Part shown: piece by piece, positions 56,101 to 59,864 of the stretch
How the letters are laid out: each line of letters starts with the position of its first letter
Numbering within the stretch: position 1 is the first letter of the stretch
Source: a bacterium
Lineage (GTDB): Bacteria > Electryoneota > Electryoneia > Electryoneales > Electryoneaceae
Assembly (NCBI GenBank): GCA_963669175.1
Contig: OY769902.1
Location: forward strand, 4,352,001-4,416,000
Length of the DNA: 64,000 nucleotides
Reading direction: 5' to 3'
Translations under genes and position numbers: made by a program
Notes under the pieces: model-generated
Databases searched by the model: none
What the model was told of the DNA's origin: nothing
What the model saw: the letters and a program-made list of their open reading frames with translations, nothing else

Positions 56101-57132
56101 GATATCTGGGGTTAATTGATTGTTCGGCCAACCGCCACTGTTATCCCAGATCATACAGTCTACAGAATCGATGTGCCGGTTCGCATCACGATAGAATCCA
56201 TAGAGGATCGCTGCGATATAGACATCCGCAGCGCCGGAAGGGGTGAATTGAACTGCGTATTCCTGGCCCCCATTAAGGTTTACAATAACATCGTTATCAT
56301 TGACTCCATCATCATACGTAAGCATGGTACCACAATAGTACTGCCACGGCCCATAGGTAGAGATATTTTGGGGCGTCCATCCATCGCCTGCTTCGATCCA
56401 ATAGGTTACACGATAGCCGGGAGTATATGCCGGAATATCAAAGTGGTATTCATCGCCAGTCTGGTAGTCAAACTGTGCCTGCAGGGTGTCACTGTCGTTG
56501 ACCTTGTAATACAAGTTTGCAAAGCTCACCCCGCTTCGGTCGCGGATTATGAAAGTAGCATCAAAGGGACCGTCAATGGCGGAATCAACCGGAACTTCGT
56601 TGTGAAGTACTAACGGCGGGCTGACATCGTCAACCGTAATCGTGATAGTAACATCGTCAATCCAGATACCATCCGCGATGGAAGCCTGGTCTGTATCAAA
56701 ACGGTACCGCACACGTACATCATTGTTGCCGATATACCCTTCCAGGTCAACATGATATTCTGTCCACGTCAGGTCTGTGCCATGATAGACAGCTTCCTGA
56801 TTCCAGGAAAAACCTGCATCGGTAGAGATATCCACGTACCAGAAGTCAAAATTCAGTTCCGTATCATATCGAGCCCAGAATGTCAGCTCACACCCCAGGA
56901 TTGCCTGATCGAGATCCTCGCCGGTTACCATTTCAATGGTCTTGTACTCCAGGTTCCCGTAATCAGCGCCAGGACTCTCCGTAATGCACCAGGAGCCCGA
57001 GTGCGCCTGCTCATTCGTACGCACCCAGTCCCCGGTCCATTGGGACAAATCGGTCTCAAAGTCATCGCTGAATGACCATGCAGCGCTGACCGTGACCAAT
57101 AGTAAAACGCAAACCAGAAACAAATTTCTCAT
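26113..57132 (-). CDS. Giant (~10,339 aa) secreted surface protein with roughly 90-100 FN3/Ig-like repeats and a T9SS-type C-terminal domain
   Basis: Uninterrupted 31-kb ORF; signal peptide MRNLFLVCVLLLVTVSAAWS; ~100-aa repeat P-x-AF-x-L-x-SP...W-xx-TDPDGD-x-V-x-YD(V/L)Y...Y(Y/W)WTV-x-A-x-D; C-terminal PYPNPCNP...RKIVFLK. Repeat number estimated from the period, not counted. Confidence 0.93.
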   Translation of the reverse strand: MRNLFLVCVLLLVTVSAAWSFSDDFETDLSQWTGDWVRTNEQAHSGSWCITESPGADYGNLEYKTIEMVTGEDLDQAILGCELTFWARYDTELNFDFWYVDISTDAGFSWNQEAVYHGTDLTWTEYHVDLEGYIGNNDVRVRYRFDTDQASIADGIWIDDVTITITVDDVSPPLVLHNEVPVDSAIDGPFDATFIIRDRSGVSFANLYYKVNDSDTLQAQFDYQTGDEYHFDIPAYTPGYRVTYWIEAGDGWTPQNISTYGPWQYYCGTMLTYDDGVNDNDVIVNLNGGQEYAVQFTPSGAADVYIAAILYGFYRDANRHIDSVDCMIWDNSGGWPNNQLTPDIPVYPENTLSTPYAVTRVDMVPYNLMVTTDFHAGFRYRSDRPYILADNPGVANRSEQNNGTWSNLNRDLHIRALLGDIYAYLPNNPTAFALQTPGNTDTVNTTSVLVNWTESTDTDANDYVRYDLEWSVNSDFSASSSVTVSDTFYTITGLSDNTTYYWRVKSRDAFNNEVWADPGDTGYSFHIYTFENPNVFDLSSPVNGTTSNASGVALTWDAATDPDPDDVITYNIYVSTNAGNLGSPVATGVSGTTYTYNGADDTQYWWTIEAVDNHGLTTMANQTWWFRLDIEDAPNAFDLASPANGTVSNATAVTLTWNAATDPDGDALVYDVYVSTDAGNLGTPVVSGMTLLSYTYNGTDDQTYYWSVRARDPSNNTTMANQTWSFSIDVEDPPGAFNLLTPANGAVATAASVSLTWQASTDPDGDAVVYDVYVSTNAGNLGLPVATDVNATNYTFPGIDDQTYYWTVRAKDPNGNETPASQTWSFSINIGQPPNPFNLELPANGFTSASNIVNLSWIATTDPDPGDVVTYDVYVSTDAGNLGSPDATGLGGTSFAFTGVNNTTYYWTVRAVDIDGHETQASQTWSFTISVNNAPLAFNLTGPADGATETSSDVNLTWEATTDPDGDPVTYDVYVSLDAFDLGVPVASGINVNNYTYSGSDGQTYYWTVRADDGNGNETAANQTWSFSISLDDPPTAFDLSSPATGTVSGTSSVTLTWGAATDPEGGPITYNLYVSTDAGNLGAPVASGLSGTSNVFTGLDDTQYWWTVRAYDGNGNETQASQTWTFSIYVEENPAAFELTSPADGSTEGATAVTLQWNATTDPDGDDVTYDVYVSTDAGNLGTPVASDLSANSYVFNGTDLTTYYWTVYAKDTNGNQTQANSTWSFGIDVDYAPNAFNLLTPANGFVSSTLVVNLTWESTTDLDGEAITYDVYASTDAGNLGAPVATDLSGTSYTFAGADNATYYWTIRAKDGSNETQANQTWSFSTDEEFPPNAFDLVSPADFYISNASTTVLLDWAATTDPDGDPVVYDLYVSTVQGDLGTLVADDISATQYNYTGTDGTAYWWTVIAFDDNGNSTQANQTWKFSIFIQEVPGAFNLLDPTNTETVYTLDVPLSWEASIDPDPGDNVVYDVFVGTQIFNLAQVATGITNTTYTHTGVDGQTYYWTVDARDAVGNTTTASQTWSFTISYEPPPDAFDLSSPADGTVSPTTSVNLQWDATTDPDGGAITYDVYVSTDAGNLGASVATGLNATSYTFNGVDDTQYYWTIHALDPDGGETVANQTWSFSIYVEEAPGAFDLSSPANGNVEPAATVSLAWDASVDPDGDAVTYDVYVSTDAGNLGTPVASDLSATTYDFTGSDNTTYYWTIRAKDPNGNETPANQTWSFDIFVDDAPNAFSLASPADGSTQGAATVSLTWNAATDPEGQAITYDVYVSTDAGNLGSPVSSDQAATTYDFTGSDNTTYYWTVRAKDPAGNETQAGQTWSFDIYVEEAPGAFDLATPSNGATSTSLTTTLTWNASTDPDGDAVTYDVYVSTDAGNLGTPVASDLTVLTYDFTGNDNTTYYWTIRAKDPNGNETPANQTWSFAISYDDPPIAFSLDSPADGTVSPSTTVSLVWNSTTDPEGQAVTYDVYVSADAGNLGTPVASDLSVLTWDFTGTDDQTYYWTIRAKDENGNERQADQTWSFDTYVEEAPNAFGLVSPANGTVSATTTVELSWQSTSDPDGDNITYDVYVSTDAGNLGSPVASDLNVTVYTFTGLDDSTYYWTIRAKDTNGNETQATQTWSFSIYVEESPGAFNLTSPADGNVASSTTVTLTWEASIEPDGDDVTYDVYVSTDAGNLGSPVASDLTVLTWDFTGVDDETYYWTVHAKDTNGNETAASQTWDFSIYIEEAPSAFDLSSPADGTTQATTTVTLTWNASTDPDGDAVVYDVYVSTDAGNMGTAVATDLNVLTYDFSGSDNTTYYWTIHAKDGNGNDVPANQTWSFDIYVEEAPAAFNLASPADGTVSATTTVTLTWNATTDPDGDDVTYDLYVSTDAGNLGSPVASDLTVLTYDFTGTDDETYYWTVRAKDTNGNETPASETWSFSIYVEESPIAFDLSSPANATVSNTTTVSLVWNATTDPDGDAITYDVYVSTDAGNLGTPVASDLTVLTYNYTGIDDQTYYWTVRAKDPNGNETPANQTWSFSIYVEESPSAFDLSSPANGSTQGSTTVLLAWNASTDPDGDAVTYDVYVSTDAGNMGTPVASDLPATTWDFTGSDNTTYYWTVQAKDPNGNATDANQTWSFDIYVEEAPGAFSLTSPANASTLTSTTVSLNWAASIDPDGDAVTYDVYVSADAGNLGTPVAADLSIRTFNFTGADNQTYYWTVRAKDTNGNETQATQTWSFDIYIEESPLAFDLTSPANGTVSPATAVDLQWNATTDPDGDVVTYDVYVSTDAGNLGAPVASDLNTTTYTFNGNDDTQYWWTIRAKDTNGNETAANQTWSFSIYVEEAPTAFNLTSPANGAVSGSSTVTLSWGTSTDPDGDPITYDLYVSTDAGNLGAPVASDLSVTSYDFTGTDDETYYWTVRAKDDNGNETPANQTWSFSVYVEQAPLAFDLTSPATGSVAGATDVVLTWNATTDPDGDAVTYDVYVSTDAGNLGSPVASDLNVTTYTFSGSDDQTYYWTIRAKDPNGNETQANQTWNFSIYVEQSPNAFSLSSPADGTVSGNATVTLHWNSTTDPDGDPVTYDLYVSTDAGNLGTPVASDLSVTSYDFTGTDDETYYWTVRAKDDNGNETQATQTWSFSIYIEQAPAAFSLLTPTNGTVSGTASVALTWNATTDPDGDAVTYDVYVSTDAGNLGTPVASDLAGTTYTFNGSDNTQYWWTVRAKDPNGNVTPASQTWSFSIYVEEAPLPFTLANPADGTTFESENVTVSWNLTTDPDGDPISYDIYISTDPGDLGTPVVVGLPGPAYTYTGNDLTTYYWTVVAYDDNGNETQASQTWSFYIDIEHEPGEFDLASPVSGWISPAQTIDLVWETSVDPDGDPVTYDIFLGTTVGTMVEVASNIVDTTWEYTGSDDTQYWWTVAASDNHGNTVWADNTWNFSIYVEEAPSAFSLIAPADGFVSPDTMVALSWTASTDADGDPVSYDVYISTDPGDLGTPVASNVSSTTYTFDGEDDTQYWWTIVAKDNHSNSTPVGETRSFSIYYEQSPLAFNLTSPANGVVSGTATLSLSWATTTDPDGDAVTYDVYVSTDAGNLGTPVASDLTVTTYDFTGSDDTRYYWTIVAKDPNGNETSANQTRYFDIYVEEAPGAFNLSNPADGQVMTSISVVLQWTASVEPDGDPVVYDVYVSTDAGNLGMPVATGISATQWTWSGSDDVSYYWTVQARDNHGNSTAAGETRSFSIYIEEAPLVFNLVSPANAIVSGTATVSLSWNATTDPDGDAVTYDVYVSTDAGNLGSPVASDLTVTTYDFAGNDDTRYYWTVRAKDPNGNETPANQTRYFDIYVEEAPGAFSLSSPADGQVMPSTSVTLQWNASVDPDGDPVRYDVYVSTDAGNLGTAIATNLNATQWTYTASDDQTYYWTVRAHDNHSNETAANETRSFSIYVEQAPNAFSLSSPTNATVTASATVNLVWAATTDPDGDAITYDVYVSTDAGNLGTPVASDLTVTNYTFNGSDDTQYYWTVRAKDTNGNETQASQVWWFETYVEEAPGAFSLSAPTDGQVMPSTSVTLQWNASVDPDGDAVRYDIYVSTDAGNLGTPVAINRTATSYTYTGSDNTTYYWTVRAKDPNSNVTPASETWSFEIYVEEAPTAFNLTSPSNAAVSPTTSMDLAWDTVTDPDGDAVTYDVYVSTDAGNLGSPVASDLAAASYTFNGSDDTRYYWTVRAKDTNGNETQANQTWYFDVYVEEVPLAFNLISPANGTVSATAVVNLSWNGTTDPDGDAVTYDVYVSTDAGNLGTPVASDLTVTTYTFNGNDDTQYFWTVRASDTNGNETQASETWSFSIYVEESPAAFNLLTPGNGTTSPTLAVDLTWEAAPDPDGDDVTYDVYVSRDAGNLGTPVASDLATAAYTYIGLDDSTYYWTVKAIDSNGNETDASQTWRFMIHVEEAPLAFNMISPASGAVSPNAALTLQWQTTTDPDGDAVTYDVYVSRDAGNLGTPVASDLTTNTYLYTGDDDSTYYWTVYAKDGNGSETQAATGVWSFSIYVQEAPEAFSLLAPVNGAVRSNAAVSLQWTAAVDPDGDVVTYDVFVSSDPGDLGAPVQTGVTATSWIFNGNDDTQYWWTVRANDPSGNQTMANSTRTFSIYVEEAPDPFNLLSPADGYTSGTSTVDLVWQSSLDPDNHPVVYDLYVTTDPGNLGTAIASDLTDTTYTFTGTDDTQYWWTVIALDDQNNDTPADQTWSFEIYIEEPPSAFALATPDSGNVEPDYNVALSWTSSTDPDGDALTYDLYVSTDAGNLGAAIATGLTDTAYTFTGLDDTRYWWTVEVNDGNGNTVQASQTWSFDIDVEDIPDAFTLLTPADATVEPVATFDLVWQSTSDLDSDLITYDLYVSTDAANLGAPIAADLSDTTYSFNGSDDTQYWWTVIADDGNGNTVAASDTFSFSIYVEEFPAAFTLVSPDSGHVSGVTEIELVWTSTSDPDGDAVTYDLYLGTTLGALAAPYQSGLTDTTFDFIGADDTQYWWTVIASDANANETAAPDTFSFSIYVEEVPGVFTLVTPADGSTAPATEVLLTWDTSVDPDGDVVSYDLYLSTTPGNLGTAYQSDLADTFYAFTGIDNESYWWTVIADDGNGNTTAASDTFSFDIYVEEAPAAFSLALPDSGTTSPWFDVQLSWEFSSDADGDLLFYDVFVSTDQGNLGTPDADDLTDSTWTFTGEHGNTYWWTVRVDDGHGNIVQANELWSFTVDTSLAGQAPLAFNLASPDSGAMIPTEDVLLTWYPTTDPNGDDVVYDLYVNVATGQLFESPVATGLTNTSYTYTGIHDTPYRWTVIARDPIGNETQANQIWRFQVHTANPGNAPGAFALVAPDSGWTSPSTVVPLSWNASVDPDGDAVLYDVYVSDAEGVIGTRVAGNLAGTSYSYNGSNLDTLFWTVYAKDPDNNMTTADQTWSFNINTSTANQPPTAFALASPSDGFVSPTTDVLMTWETSTDPEGSAVSYDVYMSTVSGFLGTRVADGLTVPSYTYSGTNNTTYYWTIIAYDENGNSTYADDTWSFEIDQTQANNAPLAFNLVSPDDGWVSPSVNVLFSWESTTDPDGDAVSYEVYLSATSTDIGTRIADGLTGTSYSYTGNDGESWYWTIRAVDSFGNATASTQTRSFSINLANANQPPVAFTLASPSDGFVSPDADVLLTWGASSDPEGTTIVYDVYTSTVAGFLGTRIADDLTGSSYTFTGSDNTMFYWTVIAADEVGNTTQSTDTWSFEIDLTQANNAPVAFNLVSPDDGWVSPSTDIILSWEASTDPDGDAVSYEVYLSTTSTDIGTRIADGLTGTSYSYSGNDGEAWYWTIRAVDSFGNATESNQTRSFSINLANANQPPAAFTLASPTDGFVSPVTNVLLTWGASSDPEGTTVAYDVYASTVAGFLGTRIADDLTGSSYTFTGSDNTTYYWTVIAADEAGNTTQATDTWSFEIDLTQANNAPTAFSLAAPDSGWISPATDVLLSWEASTDPDGDALTYELYLSTTSTDIGTRIASGLTGTSYSYAGNDGETWYWTIRAVDAFGNTTQSTETWAFSINIANANQPPVAFTLASPTDGFVSPDTDVLLTWEASSDPEGTTVTYDVYASTVVGFLGTRIADDLTGTSYTYTGSDNTTYNWTVIASDEAGNTTQSTDTWSFEIDLTQANNAPAAFSLVAPDDEWVSPSTDVILSWETSTDPDGDAVTYEVYLSTTSTDIGTRIVDGLTGSSYSYSGNDGETWYWTIRAVDAFGNTTQSSESWSFSIDITNANQPPVAFTLASPTDGFVSPVTNVLMTWEASSDPEGTTVSYDVYASTVAGFLGTRIADDLTGTSYTFTGSDNTTYYWTVIASDEAGNTTQSTDTWSFEIDLTQANSAPLAFNLVSPDDGWVSPSTDVILSWENTTDPDGDAITYEVYVSPISTDIGTRIASGLTGSSYSYSGNDGETWFWTIRAVDSFGNTTQSTESWSFSVDITNANQPPDAFTLASPTDGFVSPVTDVLMTWEATTDPEGTTVTYDVYASTVAGFLGTRVADDLTGTSYTFTGSDNTTCYWTVIAADEAGNTTQSSDTWSFEIDIAQANNAPLAFSLVAPDSGWISPNTDVILSWQATTDPDGDALTYELYLSPTSTDIGTRIASGLTGTSYSYSGNDGEAWYWTVRAVDAFGNTTQSTENWAFSIDITNANQAPDAFTLASPSDGFVSPVTDVLLTWETSSDPEGASVSYDVYISTVPGFLGTRVVDGLTGTSYSHTGSDNTTYYWTVIASDEAGNTTQSTDTWSFEIDLTQANNAPLAFSLVAPDNGWVSPSTDVLLSWEATTDPDGEEVSYDVYVSDIVGFIGTQVASGLNGTSYTCSGTDGDLLYWTVIASDPNNNSTQSSETWSFSIDTGTANLAPEAFSLVSPDDGHVNPVNDVLLSWAASSDPEGGDIVYDLYLSAVSGFIGTRIASDLDGTSYTYTGADNDLFYWTVIARDEAGNATQASESWSFSIDLTQATNPPTAFSLVSPVNGFSSPNSLVNMVWQQSTDPDGGAITYDVYLSTVDGFIGTRVASGLPFTTLAYNGTPGETYWWTVMAVDASGRETQSTETWSFSIQNTVVGQPPVAFNLTAPDSGSTSPTTDVTLSWQATTDPDGDDVSYSVYVSDDPADLGTADVIDLAGTSWTFTGADGETWYWTVRASDGNGNDRQASQTWSFTIDVDLPGSAPNPFDLVGPADGSIQFFPDVDLTWHDTDDPDGDDITYDVYMSEVEGFLGSRVAQDLTDTTYTFTGNDNTQYWWTVRAVDATGRITQANQTWNFTIDVNLPATEFSLLAPDSGIISGIEDILLSWEASNDPEGNDVSYNVYVSTDLGNMGAAVVEDLEGTSWTFTGVDGEAYYWTVEAWDGHVGTTSARETWRFAINTGSVPPFNQPPAEFSLTGPDSGIVSPLTDVLLSWEPAVDPDGDDVFYEVYLSTVEGFIGSRMAGGLTATSWLYTGADGDIFYWTIRAVDENDLATLSTETWTFSIDTGTMPPANNVPNSFALTGPDDGHVSPDESVLLSWEATDDPDGDAVVYDVYVSTIEGELGTRYAANLTGTSFEFGGSEGETYWWTVRALDTYHLYTQADQTWSFSIDATQANQPPLAFDLTSPTDGYLSPMTSVDLTWAATTDPEGEAISYDVYISSVAGFLGTRFAGNLSGTSTTFTGTNGSTYYWTVIASDESNNETQSNSTRSFTINTDIAGDPPLAFHLASPDSGYISPVTDIDLSWEGTTDPDGDAVSYDVYISDDAAYLGARVANGLTGTSYTYTGVNGETSYWTIRAVDDNGMWTQASEIWSFTINTTIPGTAPVAFDLAAPDNNSTSPYENITLSWDASSDPDDGAVSYEVFVSQQLGFLGTRYASGLTGTSYEFTGTDGESYWWTIRAVDEDGMWTQANQTWSFNIDTGAAAGLAPLAFDLAGPDDGYTSPNTEVNLSWFESADPDGGDIGYDVYVSTVAGFLGTRVAGNLTGTSYSYTGVTGLDYWWTVLAVDEDGMYTQASQTWTFSIDTSIPGNAPNTFSLNSPADASVITTLAVDLAWDATTDPDGDDVTYDVYVSNILGFLGARIAGNLATNETTFNGEDGETYYWTVFAKDSDGHQTQANETWSYTINMTQVGDAPLAFDLASPDSGYVSSEVDVDLSWNATTDPDGDDVTYSVYVSTTQGAFGAPIASGLAGTSYTFTGTTGQTYWWMIRARDTNNNVTQSNQSWSFDIDVAIPGTPPLAFDLTGPDDGMVFAQESVILSWNTTTDPDGGAVTYDVYASTVENELGTRIASDLTGSGFEFFGLNNTEYWWTVRALDTDGMWTQANQTWSFSVNLGEPGSAPEDFDLASPADGSTSGSEDVELGWNASTDPDGDDVTYEVYVSEIENTLGQRVAQDLTNTSWTFTGVDGGQYWWTVQALDPSGHVTPASETWSFDIFVQEPPLPFTLVSPEDGFQSADTLVLLSWETTTDPDGDDVQYDVYISLDPDDLGEAIVSDLDGNSYEFDGERDATYYWTVFAHDDAGNSTAADDTLSFTIEEEAIGNPPGAFSLAGPDDEYSSPYTDVDLSWFESVDPDDDAVTYDVYISTVEGFIGQRVAQGLDALSYTWNGQDGDTYWWTVKAVDSNGNQTQSTETWSFNIDTTIPGWPPVAFGLAGPDNGYASFVADVLLSWEASSDPEGGDIVYDVYVSYDPADLGARVAANLTGTSYQFTGIDDQTYWWTVRAVDVDGYWTAANETWSFSVDTDIPGDEPVAFDLLTPEDGYTSTMQDVALTWEETTDPDGGAITYDVYVSNDIAFQGTRVAANLTGTSHIFTGIEGESYWWTVRAIDEDGMWTQADQTWSFSIDTGTVPPQNQPPLAFDLAAPDSGWVSVNPEVDLSWFEAVDPDGDIVTYDVYISMVQGFLGNRVSEGQEGASYSFTGTDGVTYWWTVIAVDAYGLWTGASQQWSFSVDETVVGSEPNDFSLIAPADESTLNDLAVTFQWNAATDPDGDDVTYELYVSTVDGFLGTRLVSGLTTTTWDFTATDDTEYWWTVRAVDENGNWTQASETWSFHIFVEDPPGAFTLAAPDSGSTIRTTTADLSWYESIDPDGDEVTYSLFVSTDLANMGAAVVTDHEATSYAYTGTDGDTYYWTVTATDVNDNSTAASDTFSFTIDATVVGNPPNAFSLAAPDSGNVLPYTQIDLSWFAAVDPDDQDVVYSVYVSTIEGYLGTRMAANLEETSFSFTGQDGGTYWWTVRATDEDDNVTQASETWSVSIDLSNVSNPPTAFALISPEDEALVGMEAVDLVWNTSIDPDGGDVSYDVYLSLSENDLGTRFGQNLADTTFTFDGVDEVTYYWTVIAEDEDHNQTNSETWSFTIHTSGVPAQFALLLPEDGAHINDDTVTVSWEETFDPDNGDPITYHLEVAADAQFTSYFTFITDEQEWTLTDWFALAAELSVNGGDQVEKQDDGFASLASSSRGNTFGSMEVSLGSSVALGSHNEGDSELDELPDDVTIYWRVRAFDNDNLYTYADPGEDGREFSTDQYEAPEAFSLVSPADEDTAWSTSEVLSWDASTDPDPYDTPSYDVWIAQNSRMLNATLEADSIEDTEFTFADLEDDHTYWWTVRATDSNTEGTWAEDTLSLHVYIVEPPEAFTLAYPNDEDTVALEAVTVRWNSADDPDPGDEVSYEVQWSADANFMSVFTEITTDTFLTISDLEEVMTSIGTGGNGISGDDGLASFSPRNGILATGSMQVAGEKRTEVTGFASSTSKKKASVFGAESGIATASNQFGSASEIDDSRCGATGELDELPDNTTIYWRVRAIDSFDSTTWANGNDDGWSFEVIRPDAPTTFSLLTPDNGSSLTETATTLSWEVSTDPDLDDEVATYRVWWATNADFEDADSADVTEPTLAMDDLIDDTVYWWKVRALDDNTNGTLSRQVFAFQVYIPEAPNGFNLSGPANGSTVAEDSVLLTWRNTTDPDPGDSVTFVLDYSTSSDYNSASTFTETLRDTALLLDDLENTFDNETVYWRVRAVDIFGLERWCSSGSNGRHFKVRIAHAPVAFDLVYPEKKAVIADTTVSFTWQESSDPDFEDTLRYELLLSLDPQFPDVKTLVYDAIEAAQFHATGLQDDRTYYWKVRAVDTNTEGTWSTSSGNFTTARPQAPTAFELARVADGDTLNVDDIRNLLFTWKASVDPDPNQDVKYRLILEQDSVAIEDAVYMDLMVTESPSIVLEVAPELSHRFWDSTLHFTWYVQAISAGDTVESDSRFQFHVEPNRKDIPSRFSMGAPYPNPCNPTTQVHVGLPRAAHVRIEVFDMLGRRVDIVTSQQYAAGYHAFHWTAKGASGTYIMRVSTSEGWSDIRKIVFLK

Positions 57133-57186
57133 GATCCCTGTCCTCCAGTCATACCTCCGGCTGGATGTAAACCTCATGATGACTGC

Positions 57187-57756
57187 TTATTGGTCGCGTG
57201 ACGACTTGTCGACCCGTCCCTCCAGCTCACGGACCGGCTGGGCATCCCTTAGCAGGGCATATCCCTGTGCGTCACCGCGAAGCTGGGCAAGAATGACACG
57301 ATCCATGTCAGTATCTGACAGGGACATAAGACGCAGACAGACAAAGCCCCCGCCCTCTTCAAATACCTTGGTATTCTCAGCTACGTAGGGAATGCTTTCA
57401 ACGCGAAAAGAACGCTCCACTTCATCAAGCGCTTCTGCTGCGTTTGCATCTTTTGACACCAGTGATGAAAGGCTGTTGACCAGATCGTAAAACCTCTGCT
57501 GTACAGCCCCGATAAGACGATCTTCAGCGGCAATTGTGGCTTGTGCGCGAGCTGCGTCCGGTGAGTTTCCATGCCCCTCACCAATCACCATTGTCTTGCC
57601 GGACTCATGCGATAGCACCGTAAGATCGGAATACGCCTGCGCCCGTGGATCCTGAGCCTCATGCGGAAGCGGGGGACGCGCTGCAACATCCAGAACCACC
57701 CCGACAAACATCATCAGAATTACCACGGTCTTGGGAAACTGGGCTAAACATTTCAT
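57187..57756 (-). CDS. Exported hypothetical protein, first gene of the giant-protein run
   Basis: AGGAGG RBS; hydrophobic N-terminus; GEGHGNSPDAARAQATIAA motif reminiscent of LPP20-like domains. Confidence 0.65.
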   Translation of the reverse strand: MKCLAQFPKTVVILMMFVGVVLDVAARPPLPHEAQDPRAQAYSDLTVLSHESGKTMVIGEGHGNSPDAARAQATIAAEDRLIGAVQQRFYDLVNSLSSLVSKDANAAEALDEVERSFRVESIPYVAENTKVFEEGGGFVCLRLMSLSDTDMDRVILAQLRGDAQGYALLRDAQPVRELEGRVDKSSRDQ

Positions 57757-58354
57757 CTTGTACCTCCTGCATCCCAGAGGGACGCTCTATGAAAAAACTC
57801 CTGAATCATCCATCACGGCGCTTCTCAAAGGGCTTCACTTAGGAATGTAAAAAAAAGGGGGCGTTTGTCAAGTGCTAAACATCACATTAACTATAAGGTT
57901 TACATGAGGATAGCTGGTATAATTGGGTAATTTGGTGTTTTTGGATTTTCATAAAAGCGCTAAAAACACCAAATGGCTGCAAAATTCCCACACCTTCATA
58001 CACGAAAAATCCAAAACCAACCATGATATTCTCCTCATAGCATTCTCATTCTTCTCAATAACTTTTTAATAAACAATGTTTCATGAATATCATTTCATAG
58101 TGCAATCGAATCGAAAACCAGAATTCTTGAATTCCTCCAAGCTCAATAAAAGTCAAAAAACGCTCTTTGGTTCTTTGGCGTTTTGAAATGAAGGTTTTGA
58201 CTCCGGGAGTCCTTTTCATGTGCTTGAGAATTCTCTTGAGGGCTAAGAAAAAAGCAATAGGACCGGTTATTCACCAGTCCCATGCTTGAGGGAGGGGTTA
58301 TCATCTCACGCTGCCGCGTGGTAAAATGATCTATTCACGAGAAAGCTGTCTTCT

Positions 58355-59380
58355 TCAATTTCCTTCCGCCTGATCCAGCTTATCATTACCGTTGCCATTA
58401 CCACCGCCGTTGCCATTACCACCGCCGTTGCCATTACCACCGCCATTGCCATTACCACCGCCATTGCCATTACCACCGCCATTACGTACTTCCTGACCTT
58501 CGTTGAATGCCTCATACATATCTTTCCGGGCCAGTAGATCCTGCCTTGAATACTGATCAGCATACATCAGCATGTACTCGCCTTCTAACAGGAACCACAT
58601 GGTCAGAATCGGGTCATCGTTAAGAAAACGTCCGTGCATATAATTCAATTCCGCAGCAAGAAGGTGACGCGCCAGGTTCTCAGTCGCATTATTGCCATTC
58701 TGCTCGAGGATAATCAGTGCGATTTCCATGTTGATTCCATGGAAAGGCTGCAATCCGAAGTTTGAGACACAATGGAGATAGTTCTGCAAAATCTCAGGTT
58801 CTATCTGCGCCCCGTTTTGACGCCCCTCCAATGCGAAGGTAATGTTGTGACGCCAGAAGCCCAGCCCATGACCTTCCTCATTATTTGGGCAATAGCCATC
58901 AATGGAGAGTCGAAGACCAATTTCCAACATTGTGTTGGCAGTAAGTTCAATGGAGAATTCATTTCCACCGTCAACCTCCATCCCTTGTATTGGAATGATT
59001 TCAACCCAGTATTCTGCCGGCGGAAGTTCTGAAATGAAAAAATACCCATTGGCATCAGTGTAAACTGCATGATGACTGTTCAAATAAATGTCAACATGTT
59101 CAAGCCTGATTTCACCATTATCCAATTCGCCATTATTGTTAATGTCGAAGTATGTAATTCCCGACAGCGAGAAAAGCTCATCATCTACGGGAATAACTTT
59201 GTCGGTTTCTACTTCATCAGCCTCTTGCATGGCGTTTGCATCCAGAAGTGTATTGGCAGATTCTTCAATTCCTGCCTCGTCAATATCCTCTGGACCTGAC
59301 ACTGGGTTACCCAGGTCACAGCCAACCGCAACAAACAGGATCATCAATCCCATCAGGGCAAGTGTTCTATAGCGTTTCAT
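58355..59380 (-). CDS. Lipoprotein with SdrD-B-like domain and Gly/Asn-rich tail
   Basis: AGGAGG RBS; lipobox VAVGC; SGITYFDINNNGELDNGE...TDANGYF; GLGFWRH motif; (NGGGNG)x5 tail. Confidence 0.8.
   Translation of the reverse strand: MKRYRTLALMGLMILFVAVGCDLGNPVSGPEDIDEAGIEESANTLLDANAMQEADEVETDKVIPVDDELFSLSGITYFDINNNGELDNGEIRLEHVDIYLNSHHAVYTDANGYFFISELPPAEYWVEIIPIQGMEVDGGNEFSIELTANTMLEIGLRLSIDGYCPNNEEGHGLGFWRHNITFALEGRQNGAQIEPEILQNYLHCVSNFGLQPFHGINMEIALIILEQNGNNATENLARHLLAAELNYMHGRFLNDDPILTMWFLLEGEYMLMYADQYSRQDLLARKDMYEAFNEGQEVRNGGGNGNGGGNGNGGGNGNGGGNGNGGGNGNGNDKLDQAEGN
58385..58485 (-). repeat. Coding 18-bp tandem repeat, about 5 copies (NGGGNG)
   Basis: TTGCCATTACCACCGCC(G/A) repeated on the + strand. 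Confidence 0.9.
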
Positions 59381-59864
59381 GATGACCTCCTTCTTCCGAT
59401 AAACCGGAAATCGCTTCTCTTGAAAAAAAGATAACTCACCCAAAGGGAAAATGCAAGAAAAGAACACTCCAAATTGCTGTTTTTTAAAGATTTAGCATAT
59501 ACACCCTTTTATGTATTTTTCGTGTTTCGAAAACCTGGTTTTATCGTATTATTTTCTTAACACTTAAATCCGGATTGTTACAAATATTTGCCATTTTTGC
59601 TAAAGAAACCCCAAAAATCCTCGTAGCATTTTTGGGGTTTTCGTTTCGAATATTACATCTCCTCCTGGAGGCAATCATAAAAAAAAAGACGCAAAACAGG
59701 ATTCTTCATTGATTTTTTTATACTTATAGACGTACACACTCTCGTTGTCCATGCTCCTCTCAACCCCAAAAACGCGATAATCGCTATCCGAAATCCCGGT
59801 TGGCGTCTTACATTTTCATCAGTTATTGTTCCGCAAACTTTCGATCTGGTTCCAGGAGAAACCC

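Noticed and set aside
26244-57075. Numerous short ORFs overlapping the giant gene
   Set aside because: Alternate-frame by-products of repetitive, codon-biased sequence.
26113-57132. Giant ORF as an assembly artefact of collapsed or expanded repeats
   Set aside because: Repeat copies differ at many synonymous and non-synonymous sites and the frame stays open throughout.
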